From: Octopus vulgaris
Lineage: Eukaryota
Direction of reading: 5' to 3'
NCBI GenBank assembly: GCA_951406725.2
Contig: OX597838.1
Span: 37,200,001-37,264,000, forward strand
DNA: 64,000 bases
Shown here: positions 1 to 12,822 of the stretch, piece after piece
Position numbering within the stretch: position 1 is the stretch's first letter
Layout of the letters: each line of letters opens with the position of its first letter
The notes under the pieces: generated by a model
What the model was told of the DNA's origin: nothing
Seen by the model: the letters and a program-made list of their open reading frames with translations, nothing else
Database searches by the model: none
Translations under genes and position numbers: made by a program

Positions 1-846
1 GAGAGACAGAAGGATGAGAGGGGAAGAAGGATGAGAGGGGAAGAAGGATGAGAGGGAAGATGAGAGAGGTAGAAACAAAGAAATATGATGGAGAGAGAGA
101 GAGAGGAGATAGGTAGATATTAAGATAGAGAGAGAGAGAGGAGAGATTGGTAGATAGATAGATAGATTGATAGATAAATAGATAGAGAGAGAGGAGAGAT
201 AGGTAGCTGGATAGATAGATAGAGAGAGAGGAGCTAGTTGATGGATAGATAGAGAGAGAAAAAATAGATAGTGAGAGAGAGAGATGCAAAGGGTTGGGAA
301 GTTGGATGAGCTTTGAAGACTGGAAGAGTCCAAGAAGATTTGAGAGAGAGAGAGATGACAAGAGAATATGGGAGAGAGAGAGAGAAAGGAATATGAGGGA
401 GAGAGAGAGAGAGAAGAGAGATAGAGGAGTCAAAGAGCGAGAAGAGAAAAATAGAGAGAGAGAGAGAGAGAAATAAGAGAGATGGAAAATAAAGAGAGAG
501 AGAGGGAGAATTAGAGGAAAAGAGAGAGAGGAGAAAGAGTAAGAGGGAACGAAAGAGGAGAGAGAAATAATGAGAGTAAGGGAGAGAGTGAGGAGACAAA
601 GAGAGTCTTTGAAACAGAGTAAGTGATGAGAGAGAAAGAGAGAGAAAGAAAGATTAGTGAGAGAGGGAGTTGAGCAAAAGAGAGGTATGAGAAAGTAAGA
701 AAGCTAGTGAGGAGACATGAACTGAATAAAAGAGAGATTAAGAGTGAAGGAGAGAGAGAGAGAAAGAGAGAGATTGACAACATGATAGAGAGAGAGAGAG
801 GGAAGGAGAGAAGACAAGTTTAAAAGATTGTGAAGGGGAAATAGAA

Positions 847-877
<31 letters not shown>

Positions 878-1108
878 CTATTGCGAAGAGGAGAGAGAGA
901 GAGACTATTGCGAAGAGGAGAGAGAGAGAGACTATTGCAAAGAGGAGGGAGAGTGAGAGCGAGAGACTATTGCAAAGAGGAGGGAGAGAGAGAGAGAGAT
1001 ACAGGTGGGAGAAAAAGTGATTGAATGCAAAAAGAAATGCCAAGAAAGATCAAAGAGACGGTGTACAGGTGTAGGTTTCCGAAGACGAGAGAGAAAGAAA
1101 GAAAGAAA

Positions 1109-1146
<38 letters not shown>

Positions 1147-1220
1147 ATGAGAAAGAAAGAAGATATACAGACAGACAGGGAAAGGAGATAAGTAGAAACA
1201 GAGAGAGAGAGAGAGAGAGA
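1..1220. repeat. Degenerate (GA)n/purine-rich low-complexity tract with a ~27-bp unit (gactattgcgaagaggagagagagaga) x4 at ~876-985
   Basis: Direct inspection of the sequence. Confidence 0.9.
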
Positions 1221-1542
1221 TAAATGTATATGTGTACAGGTGTGTATCTGTTGATATATATATATATATGCATATATGTATGTATGTATGCATGTATGTG
1301 AATGTGTGTGTATATATATATGTATGTATGCATGTATGTGAATGTGTGTGTGTATATATGTATATATATATATATATTTATATATGTATGTGAATGTGTG
1401 TGTGTATATATATATGTATGTATGCATGTATGTGAATGTGTGTGTGTATATATGTGTATATATATATATTTATATATGTATGTGAATGTGTGTGTGTGTA
1501 TATATATATATATATGTATGTATGCATGTATGTGAATGTGTT

Positions 1543-1575
<33 letters not shown>

Positions 1576-2154
1576 TTATATATGTATGTGAATGTGTGTG
1601 TGTATATGTATATATGTATGTAAATGTATATGTATATATCTATACGTATGTAAATGTATGTGTATATATTTATAGAGTGATATATAAGCATATATATATA
1701 TATATTTATACACATATGCTATCTTTAATGTGGATGCATATATATATATATATGTACTATATATAAAATCTGTCTGACTATAAACACAGATGTGTGTGTG
1801 TGTGTATAAATATCCATGTATATATGTACATGTGTGTGTGTGTGTTTAGACAGGCAGACAGATATAAATAAGCCACAGATGCCGAGGTCGATGTAATTGA
1901 CTTTTTCCCTCAAAGCTCTGACATTGTCCTCATGTTGGAAATCATTCTTGGATCTGCAGAATCATCAGAACAAAAGGAAAATAATTTTTGCAATATCGAT
2001 TCCAGCTTTTTATATTCCTGAGTTCAAATCCTGATTAAACCAACTCTGCTTTTCATCCTGCTGGGGTTGATAAAATAAAGAACTGCTCTAATAATGGGGC
2101 CGGGGCGTCCGATGTAATTGACTAATTCCATTCCCTTGAAATTGTGGTATTGTA

Positions 2155-2381
2155 GAGCTGGCAGAAACCTTAGCACGCCGGGCGAAATACTTAGCGGTAT
2201 TTCGGCTGCCGTTACGTTGTGAGTTCAAATTCCGCTGAGGTCGACTTTGCCTTTCATCCTTTCGAGGTCAATAAATTAAGTACCAGTTACGCACTGGGGT
2301 CGATGTAATCGACTTAATACCTATGTCTGTCCTTGTTTGTCCCCTCTGTGTTTAGCCCCTTGTGGGTAATAAAGAAATAGG
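2155..2381 (+). mobile_element. SINE family B copy (tRNA-like head; central gcctttcatcctttcggggtcgataaattaagtaccag domain resembling the Meta/MESC SINE domain)
   Basis: B-box-like gagttcaaattcc; many near-identical copies in the window (e.g. 10652, 16173, 17617, 25286). Further degenerate copies nearby at ~1985-2145, 2480-2650 and 2686-2880. Confidence 0.85.
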
Positions 2382-3539
2382 TATTGTATGAATTAGAATC
2401 ATCTGCTTAATGGTTTGGCAGAATTGTTGGAGCATACAACGAGGTACTTGGCAAATTTCTTCTGAATCTGAGGTGACACACTGGCAGAATCGTTTGCACG
2501 CCAGGTAAAATGCTTCGTGGCATTTCGTCTGTCTTTACGTTCCGAGTTCAAATCCCGCCGAGGTCGACTTTGCCTTTCATCCTTCCGGGGTCAATAAATT
2601 AAGTACCAGTCGACGACTTGGGTCGATGTAATTGACTTGCCCCCCACCCCACCAATATTTCTTCTGGATGATGATTCTAGTGCAGCAAGCTGACAGAATC
2701 GTTTCCATGCCAGGCAAAATTCTTAGTGGAATGTTATCTGAGTTTGACTAACACAGAGGGGTCAGCTTTGCCTGTCATCCTTTCAGGGTTGATAAAATAA
2801 GTACCAGCTGTGCACTGGGGTTGATGTAATCAACTTATCTCCACCTGCAAACTTGCTGGCTTTTTGCCAAAACTTGGAAGCTATTTTGCTTCTGTTTCTT
2901 TGTTTCTGAGTTAAAATCTTGTTGAGATCAACTTAACCTTTTTTTTCATTCTATCCATCCATCCATCCATCCATCCATCTGTTCATCCACCCATCCATCC
3001 ATCCATCCATCCATCCATCCATCCATCCATCTGTTCGTCCACCCATCCATCCATCCATCCATCTGTTTGTCCATCCATCCATCCATCCATCCATCTGTTT
3101 GTCCATCCATCCATCCATTCATCTTCTCTTTTCACTATTCTTGGAAGAGTTGTGGGGGTAAAGTCCTCAAGCACCTCTGTCCTCAGGCACTTCATCCATA
3201 GTGTTCTGACAGAAGCAGCCGTCATTACAGTTTCATTTCTCTCTCTTCACCATTCCAAGGAGAGATATAATGATAAAGTCCTCAAGCACCTCCTTCCTCA
3301 GGCAAGTCCTCTATAACATTCTATCAGAAGCAGCCATCATAACAATTTCTTACTAGATTGTTAATTGATCAATCCACCCATCTTCTCCACCCCTTTTCCT
3401 GAGAGAGTTGTGGGGGTAGAGTACTCGAGTACCCCCTATACAGTCCTATCAGAAGCAACACACTTTTCTGCTAGATTATCAAACAGCATCAACTGAGACT
3501 GCAAATATTATCCAACTCTCCCATTCTCGGTGGCTTAAT

Positions 3540-4436
3540 CATCATCATCATCATAATCATCATCGTTTTACATCCGTTTTCTATGCTAGCATGGGGTGGA
3601 TGGTTTGACCAGGGTCTAGGAAGCTAGGAGGCTGCACCAGGCTTTAGTCTGATCTGGCAGTGTTTCTACAGCTGGATGCCCTTCCTAACACCAACCACTC
3701 CATGAGTGTAGTGGGTGCTTTTTATGTGCCACCAGCACAGGTGCCAGGGGAGGCTGGCAGTGGCCACGTTTGGTTGGTGCTTTTTACATGCCACCGGCAC
3801 GGAGGCCAGTCAAGGTGGCGCTGGTGCTTTTTATGTGCCACTGGCACGGAAACCAGTCAAGCCACGTTCAGATAGTGCTTTTTATGTGCCACCGGCACGG
3901 AAACCAGTCAAGGCGGTGCTGGCACCGGCCACGTTCAAATGGTGCTTTTTTTGTGCCACCAGCACGGAAACCAGTCAAGGCGGCACTGGCATCGGCCACG
4001 TTCGGATAGTGCCTTTTATGTGCCTCCGGCACGGAAACCAGTCAAGGCGGCGCTGGCATCAGCCACGTTCAGATGGTGCCTTTTATGTGCCACCGGTACG
4101 GAAACCAGTCAAGGCGGCGCTGGCATCGCCCACATTTTGATGGTGCCTTTTAGGTGCCATCGGCACGGAAACCAGTCGAGGCAGTGCTGGCATCGGCCAT
4201 GTTCGGATGGTGCTTTTTATGTGTCACCGGCACGGAAACCAGTCAAGGCGGCGCTGGCATCGGCCATGTTCGGATGGTGCCTTTTAGGTGCCACCAGCAC
4301 GGAAACCAGTCAAGGCGGCGCTGGCATTGGCCACGTTCGGATGGTGCTTTTTATGTGCCACCGGCACGGAAACCAGTCAAGGCGGCGCTGGCATCGGCCA
4401 CGTTCGGATGGTGCCTTTTAGGTGTCACCAGCACGT
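3540..4436 (-). mobile_element. Family D retroposon ((GAT)n tail; ttggcgttaggaagggcatccagctgtagaaa core) carrying a 5' array of 67-bp units
   Basis: Core matches other copies (14077, 14986, 16552, 29045, 33097, 46276, 56965, 59555). The (CAT)n at ~3540 is the reverse-complement tail. Confidence 0.85.
3874..4436. repeat. 67-bp minisatellite, ~8.4 copies (ggtgctttttatgtgccaccggcacggaaaccagtcaaggcggcgctggcatcggccacgttcggat), plus shorter degenerate units from ~3714
   Basis: Unit starts at 3941, 4008, 4075, 4142, 4209, 4276, 4343 and 4410, an exact 67-bp spacing. Confidence 0.95.
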
Positions 4437-5001
4437 AAAATATGCTGAGTAAAACCAGAATAAACTGATCCTCCTGTATTTTCTGTCTCCAAAGCCATTT
4501 CAGCATCCTCTCATGCAATATTTGTGTATCCTCATCAGGCTTTCTTCCTCTGCTTGATGCAGGTCAAACAAATTGATTTATGTCTCCACCTTCCATTTGA
4601 TGATGGCCTTGCATCATTATCTGTACTTGTCACTAGGGGCAGCCTGTACCCCATCCTGCCCCCCCCTTTTTTATTCCCCATCCTCTTACTAGCTTTGTAT
4701 CTCTCGGCTACTTATGTAAGATGCTTGCATGCTTCTGGTCCATATTTTGACCCTGTCCGAAGACATGCTCGTTAGGATTATGTATAATGCATCTGTAAAT
4801 TGCATGTATGAATTGCATTTACAGTGTGACATCATTAATTAATTACCAAATACAGGCCTACGTTTTTTTTCTTTCATTATACAAACACACACACACATGT
4901 ATATTAATACTCCTAATTAACATATGTGTGTGTGTGTATAACAGAAAAGTCATTGGAAAACCGATTACAGCAGTGGCTCCATCAATTCCTCAGGATATAT
5001 A

Positions 5002-5215
5002 CTCTTTTACATGTTTCAGTCATTTGACTGCGACCATACTGGAGCACTGCCTTTTAGTCGAGCAAATCTACCCAAGGACTTATTCTTTGTAGGCCCAGTA
5101 CTTATTCTATCGGTCTCTTCTGCCGAACTGCTAAGTGACAGGGACGTAAACACACCAGCATCGGTTGTCAAGCAATGCTAGGGGGACAAACACAGACACA
5201 CAAACACATACACAT
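5002..5215 (-). mobile_element. SINE family A, 3' half
   Basis: Reverse complement of the ...gctccagcatggccgcagtcaaatgactgaaacaagtaaaagag tail shared by full copies. Confidence 0.85.
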
Positions 5216-5257
5216 ACATATATATACACACATATATACACATATACATACATACAT

Positions 5258-5470
5258 TTCAAAATGTGACCTCGTGTGTACCGTTGCCGATTTTTTTTCC
5301 TCTGTCTTCCCTTCTCTGGATCTTTCCTTCTCCTATGTTTCCGACGAAGAGCTCCGCTTGAAACATTAAACCCTCCTTCTTTCCTTCTTTCCTGAGCGTC
5401 CAGTAATATTATATTTGTTCCACGTCCTTGCGTTGTTGTGTTCTTTTGTGCTTTCTTGTTTGGATTAACT
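5258..5470 (+). mobile_element. Short PLE-like element (family E) in a (TA)/(CA) microsatellite, with a degenerate hammerhead motif at 5337-5371
   Basis: gttt-CCGACGA-a-gagc(tcc)gctt-GAAAC-att-aaac: stem I gttt/aaac, stem II gagc/gctt. A second, more decayed copy lies at ~18470-18650. Confidence 0.6.
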
Positions 5471-5600
5471 ATATATATATATATATATATTTACACATAT
5501 ATACACATATACATACATATATATATATAGATACACATATATACACATATACATACATACATATATATATATATGTATATACTCATATATGCACATATAC

Positions 5601-5645
<45 letters not shown>

Positions 5646-6355
5646 TGTATGTATGTATATATATAGGGAGAGAATTCTATGTGTGTGCTTCCTTGTGTCT
5701 ATGTTTGTCCTCCAGCCACTGCTTGACAACCTGTGTTAGTGTGTTTACATCCCTGTAACTTAGTGGTTCATCAAGGGAGAATGATAGAACACATAGCAGG
5801 CTTTTGAAAAAAAAGATAAGCACTGGGTGTCAATTCTTCGAGGTGGTGCCCCAGCATGGCCGCAGTCTAATGAATGAAACAAGAAAAAAAAGAATAAACG
5901 ATTACAAAGAAGTTACAAATAGACCACCAAAAAAAAAAAAAACCCCCAAAAAATTACAACTTCACAGAAATATCTAACCCTTCCATTACTGACCACCACC
6001 ACTGCTGGCGCCATTCAACCCCTAGTCATCACCAAGTACTAGCCCCTTATCTTTTGCTTTTGTCTGAAATCAGCCAACCTCTCTGGAGTTAAAGGGAGAT
6101 GCTGGTTTGATTTCTCCGTCTCTGATCTCTTATCAGACATCCTCGTTAAGGTGGAGCCCTTAGGACAGAATTTCAATTTGCTAATTTGGGTTTTGCTTTT
6201 TTTTTGTTTGTTTTTTTTTTCCTTTTTTTATTTTGCCCTGTTTTGTTTTAATGGTATTGGTATTGAGAACTAAATAACCACCTCTTAGCCTTTCCTTTCA
6301 TGTCCCCCTCTCTCTAAACATGCTCTTTTCTGTTACTCTGTGTGTGTATGTGTGT

Positions 6356-6387
<32 letters not shown>

Positions 6388-6645
6388 CTCTCTCTCTCTC
6401 TCTCTCTCTCTCTTCATCTTAACCATTTTAATGGTAACTGCATCAGACAAGATTTAGCAGAGAAAAGAAATGAATGTGTGTGTATGTGAGTGTGTGTGAG
6501 AGAGAGTGAGAGAGTGTGCGTGCATGTGTGTATATTTGTGTGTAAGCATATTCAAGCATGTGTTTGTGTGTATGTGTGAGAGTGTGAATGTGTGTGTGTC
6601 TACACCAATGTTACTATTTCTACCCAAATCTTCCTTGTCGTCCAG

Positions 6646-6743
<98 letters not shown>

Positions 6744-7367
6744 GTTTTGTGGTTAACGTAGTAATGATTTTTAATCGTTTGGCACGAAATGGCACTCATT
6801 TTGTGTGAAGAGGGAGGAAGAATGTACAAGGGAATTTTTGGGTGTGTGTGTGTGTGTGTCTGTGAGGGTGGTGGGTAGTCCATTGGTGTCCCGATGGCTA
6901 AAAGGTAAATTCAAGACAGGTGAGATTTGAACACAAGATGTAATGAAAATAAGCTAACTCTGTGTGTGCATGTGTGTATGTGTGTGTGTGTGTAAAAGAG
7001 AGAGAGAGAGAGCGATTGAGAGACATTGATAGAAAGAGAGAAAGGAGAGGAGAGACTGGGAGAAAGATAGAATGAAAGAAAAAAAGAAAGAGGATTTAAA
7101 GAATGAAACAGAGGTAAGAGTGATGGAAGCAGAGATGAAGGAAGTAAGGGGACATCAAGGAAGGAATAGAGAGGGATGGAGATGATGAGAGAAAGGGGTG
7201 AGAGAAGAAAAAGAGAGAAAAACAAGCAGAGAAGGACAGATAGATAGATAGAGAGAGAGAAAGAAAGAAAGAGAGAGTATGTGAAGAAATGGAAGTAAAA
7301 ATTCTAGTACGATTTGAACTCCGCATATAAAGAATTTTTACATACACACACACTTATACATACATGC

Positions 7368-7399
<32 letters not shown>

Positions 7400-7478
7400 A
7401 TGTATGTATAATAATTGTATATAATATATATCATAATGACATTTATATCTCTGTATATAGATATGTATATAAGTGTGT

Positions 7479-7529
<51 letters not shown>

Positions 7530-7640
7530 AAAGGTGCGTGGCTTAGTGGTTAGGGTGTCAGCATCATGATCGTAAGATTGTGCTTTCGATTCCTGGACTG
7601 GGTGACGCATTATGTCCTTGAGCAAAACACTTCATTTCAT
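7530..7640 (+). mobile_element. tRNA-derived SINE head (family C), truncated
   Basis: A box tggcttagtggt, B-box-like ttcgattcc, followed by tgtccttgagcaaaacact. Confidence 0.75.
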
Positions 7641-7746
7641 GTGTTTTCACTCAATAAACACTCACAACGCCCGGTCTGGGAATTGAAACCGCGATCCCGT
7701 GACCACGAGTCTGCTGCTGTAACCACTGGGCCATTGCGCCTCCACA
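7641..7746 (-). mobile_element. tRNA-derived SINE head (family H), truncated, abutting the family C fragment in opposite orientation
   Basis: Reverse complement reads ggaggcgcaatggcccagtggtta...ggtttcaattcccagaccgggcg and matches the full copy at 54657. Confidence 0.75.
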
Positions 7747-7760
7747 TATATATACATACA

Positions 7761-7816
<56 letters not shown>

Positions 7817-7986
7817 GGTTGTCCCCCCCCCCTATCGCTTGACAACCGATGTTGGTGTGTTTACATTCCCCGAGGACTTTGTAAGCCTAGTACTTATTCT
7901 ATAAGTCACAGGAATGTAAACACGTGGCTACAGTCAAATGACTGAAAGAAGTAAAAGAAGAAAAGAAGACGTAAGCCTTTATGTAT

Positions 7987-8401
7987 ACTCTTTACTCTCT
8001 TTTACTCTTTTACTTGTTTCAGTCATTTGATTGTGGCCATGCTGGAGCACCGCCTTTAATCGAGCAACTCGACCCTGGGACTTATTCTTTTGTAAGCCCA
8101 GTACTTATTCTATTGGTCTCTTTTGCCGAACCGCTAGGTGACGGGGACATAAACACACCAGTATCGGTTGTCAAGCAATACTGGGGGGACAAACACAGAC
8201 ACACAAACACACACACACACAAGCATATATACGCATATACAATGGGCTTCTTTCAGTTTCCGTCTACCAAATCCACTCACAAGGCTTCGGTCGGCCCGAG
8301 GCTATGGTAGAAGACACTTGCCCAAGATGCCACGCAGTGGGACTGAACCTGGAACCATGTGGTTGGTAAACAAGCTACTTACCACACAGCCACTCCTGTG
8401 C
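7987..8401 (-). mobile_element. SINE family A, full length (~410 bp; tRNA head, CORE-like gcaccttgggcaagtgtctt, internal (TA)(TG) microsatellite, (GTAAAAGA)n-type tail)
   Basis: A box tggctgtgtggtaa and B box ggttcagtccc on the minus strand; more than 10 homologous copies in the window. May correspond to a described octopus OR/OK SINE (not verified). Confidence 0.9.
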
Positions 8402-8469
8402 CTATGTATGTCTATGAAAATGTATGTATGTTGTTATACATGTCATTAATCTCATGTTTTGTATTTCAG

Positions 8470-8514
8470 GCGATGGAGAAAGCACAAAAAAGATAGGCAC
8501 AAGTATAAAAAAAG
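8470..8514 (+). CDS. Internal 45-nt coding micro-exon of a Lys/Arg/Ser-rich protein gene (exon a): (x)RWRKHKKDRHKYKK(R)
   Basis: Acceptor tgttttgtatttcAG at 8468-8469 and donor AG|GTATGT at 8515. Length is 45 nt, phase 2 at both ends. The terminal AG plus the first A of the 18172 exon gives AGA (Arg) and keeps the frame open. Confidence 0.72.
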
Positions 8515-8610
8515 GTATGTCCCTATTTTTACTCCTTTGTTCTCCATCCCATCATCGTCTTCACCATCGTCCTTGTCTTATTCTTAACTATTTTTCTATT
8601 AATTCTTTAT

Positions 8611-9018
8611 ACTCTTTACTCTCTTTTACTTGTTTCAGTCATTTGACTGCAGCCATGCCGGAGCACCGCCTTTAGTCGAGCAATTCGACCCCAGGACTTA
8701 TTCTTTGTAAGCCTAGTACTTATTCTATCGGTCTCTTTTGCCGAACCACTAAGTAACGGAGACATAAACACACCAGCATCGGTTGTCAAGCAATGCTAGG
8801 AGGACAAACAGAAACACACACACATACACATATATACATATATATACATATATACAACAGGCTTCTTTCAGTTTCCGTCTACCAAATCCACTCACAAGGC
8901 ATTGGTCGGCCTGGGGCTATAGCAGAAGACACTTGCCCAAGGTGCCATGCAGTGGGACTGAACCCGGAACCATGTGGTTGGTTAGCAAGCTACTTACCAC
9001 ACAGCCACTCCTGCACCT
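8611..9018 (-). mobile_element. SINE family A, full length
   Basis: Homologous end-to-end with 7987-8401. Confidence 0.9.
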
Positions 9019-9264
9019 TTATCTTTTTCTTTTCCATTTTTCTTTTTTCACTCTTCTTGTTTTTTTTATCTTGATAAGGACCATAATGACATTTTTTAAT
9101 GTATTTGTTTTTTTTGTTTTTTTTTGGCTGCAAGGTGGCAACCTGGCAGAATCGTAAACATGCCAGGAAAAATGTTTAGTGGCATTTCTTCCATCTTTAC
9201 ATTCTGAGTTCAAATTCCACTGAGGTCAACTTTGCCCTTCATCGAATAATATGGTCTGGTCAGC

Positions 9265-9311
9265 AGCATTGTGAGTGGATTTGGTAGACAGAAACTGAAA
9301 GAAGCCCATCG

Positions 9312-9344
<33 letters not shown>

Positions 9345-9554
9345 TTGTGTGTGTGTGTTTGTCCCCCTAGCATTGCTTGACAACCGATGCTGGTGTGTTT
9401 ACATCCCCCGTAACTTAGCAGTTCGGCAAAAGAGACCGATAGAATAAGTACTGGGCTTACAAAGAATAAGTCCCGGGGTCGATTTGCTCGACTAAAGGCG
9501 GTGCTCCAGCATGGCCACAGTCAAATGACTGAAACAAGTAAAAGAGTAAAGAGT
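9265..9554 (+). mobile_element. SINE family A, 5'-truncated
   Basis: Runs from ttgtgagtggatttggtagac to the aaacaagtaaaagagtaaaga tail. Confidence 0.88.
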
Positions 9555-9739
9555 ATTAATGTTTTAGGCATGGCTCTTTTCAACTGTTCAGCATTCATGT
9601 TACTCTGTCAAATGTAATTCTAATTGTTTCGGCATGTTTTAACTTGATGATGTGATTTATTTTTACAGTGACATTATAGGGTAGGTGTGAGAGGTCAGCT
9701 CTGGCTAGTTTGAGCATAAGACAAGTGGAATATTTTGTG

Positions 9740-9923
9740 AGAATTTACAAGAAAACAAACGATGATGACGTGTGTGTAAACAACAAACAGATGTATTAGT
9801 TTAACATTCGGGAAGTGAGAAAGTCTTTTACGTTTTGAGCCTATGCTTTTCGATAGAAAGGAACAAAAAGATAAACAGGGAGAGAAAATTGTAAAAAGTA
9901 CAGTGGCTAGCAATCTATCATGG
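9740..9923 (-). mobile_element. Short PLE-like element (family F) with a degenerate hammerhead-like motif
   Basis: Homologous to 29525-29725, 33690-33890 and 54984-55168. Confidence 0.6.
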
Positions 9924-10109
9924 TGAATGCTGGACTGAGGGGTCGGTCACATAGGAAAGCTAGGAAGAAGGAGAGATAATAAAGTAGTGGTGGTCCCAAA
10001 ATGAAGGTGTGCATGCGTGTGTATGTGAGAGCATGTATGTGTGTGTGCATGCATGTGGAAGGGGGCTGGTGACATTGACGTGTGCATGTGTAGGTGTGTG
10101 GATGATGGT

Positions 10110-10296
10110 GTGGGCGCTGGGAAGTGGTCAGTACTAGTGTGTGCACTGGTTTGGGTGCTGGGAATTGGTCAGTGCTAGTGTGGGTGCTGGGAATTGGTCA
10201 GTGCTAGTGTGTGCGCTGGTGTGGGTGTTAGGAATTGGTCAGTGCTAGTGTGTGCGTTGGTGTGAGTACTGGGAATTGGTCAGTGCTAGTGTGTGC
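10110..10296. repeat. ~41-bp minisatellite (gggaattggtcagtgctagtgtgtgcgctggtgtgggtgct), ~5 copies, one shortened
   Basis: The ggaa(t/g)tggtcagt(g/a)ctagtgt core recurs 5 times. Confidence 0.85.
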
Positions 10297-10651
10297 AGGG
10301 TAGAATATTTTGGGTGGTTATGGCTGATTAAAATGATAAAGGGTTAAAGATAGATAAATGAGAGAACATGAAGCGAAATAAAAATTTTAGAAACTCCATT
10401 TGTTGCTGTGAAGGTGATGTAGTAATAATTGATGAAGGAAATCTGTAGTTGTTAAGTCTGTTGTTCCTGAGTCGAGCAGAGTGGACAGACGATGGGCAGA
10501 AATGTAGGATTTGCACAAAAGTAGGAGTAAATGGCTACAATATCACTGTATGTGTTAAATTCATTCGTGTGTGCATGTGTGTGTGTGTGTGGTCACAGCC
10601 ATATGCATATATGGGTTGCTTAGAGCAGAACTGAGAATTATATATATATAT

Positions 10652-10882
10652 ATTTCTTTACTACCCACAAGGGGCTAAACACAGAGGGGAGAAACAAGGA
10701 CAGACAAATAGATTAAGTCAATTACATCGACCCCAGTGCGTAACTGGTACTTAATTTATCGACCCCGAAAGGATGAAAGGCAAAGTCGACCACGGCGGAA
10801 TTTGAACTCGGAACATAACGGCAGACGAAATACGGCTACACATTTCGCCCCGCGTGCTAATGTTTCAGCCAGCTCGCCGCCT
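10652..10882 (-). mobile_element. SINE family B, full length
   Basis: Reverse-complement match to 17617-17851. Confidence 0.9.
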
Positions 10883-11844
10883 TTAATTATATATATATAT
10901 ATGTGTGTATATATATATATATGTGTTCGTTTGTGTTATGATATATGTATGTGTCAGATGAAGGGTTGAAAGAGGGCTGGGTGGAATTAGAGATAAAAGA
11001 AACGGTTATTGGTACCAAAGGAAGTGAGCATATCCTGTTGAAAAACCAATTGTGTTTCATAAAGTAGCTTAGTATATGGTTTTGGAGAGGAATGATGTTG
11101 GACTAAACTAATGACAGAAAATGGGTGGAGTGTCAGTCGATTGGCTGTTAAAAATGTTCATTCATTTTACATCATAGGCAAAGTTGTGGCTGTGTGGTTA
11201 AGTTGGCTTCCTTACCTCAGGGTTCTAGGTTCAGTCTCACTGTGTGCCATCTTCAGCAAATGTCTTCTTTTACAGCTCCAGGCAAACCAGAGTGTTGCGA
11301 ATGAACTTGGTAGATGGGAATTGACAGAAGTCTGTCTCACACACACGTGTGTGTATGTGTGTAGATGTGTATGTATGCATGGTTTAACTTTTGGTTTTAT
11401 TTAAGTTCTTAGAAGAGTTCAAGTTGGTTGCTAACAAAGCAACAAGATCTTTGAGTTAGGAGAGAATTCCCAGTCTTAACCTATAATGGTCTTTGGTTAT
11501 ACTGCTGAAATCAAAATGGAATGACATTCATAGAAGACCTTTTTAAATACCAAGCAACATTGAAAGGAAAATTTCACTGACGTTTTTGTCAGTTCTTTCA
11601 AACTAGATCCATGTCTACAGTGGACTACTTTTTGCAATGTGCCGCAGTGTGTAAGTTGCAGCCTGGATTCCAAAGATATATGCACGAGCATGTATGCGTT
11701 GGCATTAGGAAGGGTATCCAGCTGAACAAATTGTAACAAAGCAGATAATGGAGCTCAGCAGAGGCCTTCAGCTCATTAAATCCTATGAAACCATCTGATC
11801 CATGTCTGCTTGTAAGACGGGCATTAAATGATGATGATGTGTGT

Positions 11845-12512
<668 letters not shown>

Positions 12513-12559
12513 ATAAATGAAAGAATGGAGTTGAACAACAAATTAACAAATTTCCTTTA

Positions 12560-12642
12560 TTCTCGACATATGTTTCGAAGGCTGCATATTCCTAATTTCG
12601 AAGGAATAAGGAGTGCATTATGCTGCCTTCTCATCAGGAAAA
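12560..12642 (-). ncRNA. Type I hammerhead ribozyme motif (inverted twin)
   Basis: Reverse complement: ttttc-CTGATGA-gaaggcagcat...atgcagccttc-GAAAC-atat-GTC-gagaa. Confidence 0.8.
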
Positions 12643-12738
12643 GTAAGGAACTTATGTCAGCATCAAGATGCACATGGGCTCCGTGTGGGCAGTCATCTAA
12701 GACTTTTTGTTCATCTTGATGCTGACATAAGTTCCTTT

Positions 12739-12822
12739 TTTTCCTGATGAGAAGGCGGCATAATGCACCCCTTATTCCTTCGAAATTAGGTAATATGCAG
12801 CCTTCGAAACATATGTCGAGAA
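12739..12822 (+). ncRNA. Type I hammerhead ribozyme motif (PLE-type)
   Basis: CTGATGA at 12744-12750; stem II gaaggcggcat/atgcagccttc (10 of 11 pairs); GAAAC at 12806-12810; palindromic stem III ACATATGT; GTC triplet at 12815-12817; stem I ttttc/gagaa. Confidence 0.8.

Noticed and set aside
3714-4436. CRISPR-like array or repeat-protein ORFs
   Set aside because: The units are contiguous with no unique spacers, 67 is not a multiple of 3, the context is eukaryotic and there are no cas genes.
6074-6150. Possible 77-nt exon upstream of the micro-exon
   Set aside because: Weak donor (GTGGAG), and the open frame ends in phase 0, incompatible with the phase-2 exon at 8470.
8168-8449. Recurrent ORFs such as RLPNPLTR...[10 protein letters not shown] and EDTCPRCHAVGLNPEPCGW
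   Set aside because: Antisense translations of SINE A copies, not a protein family.
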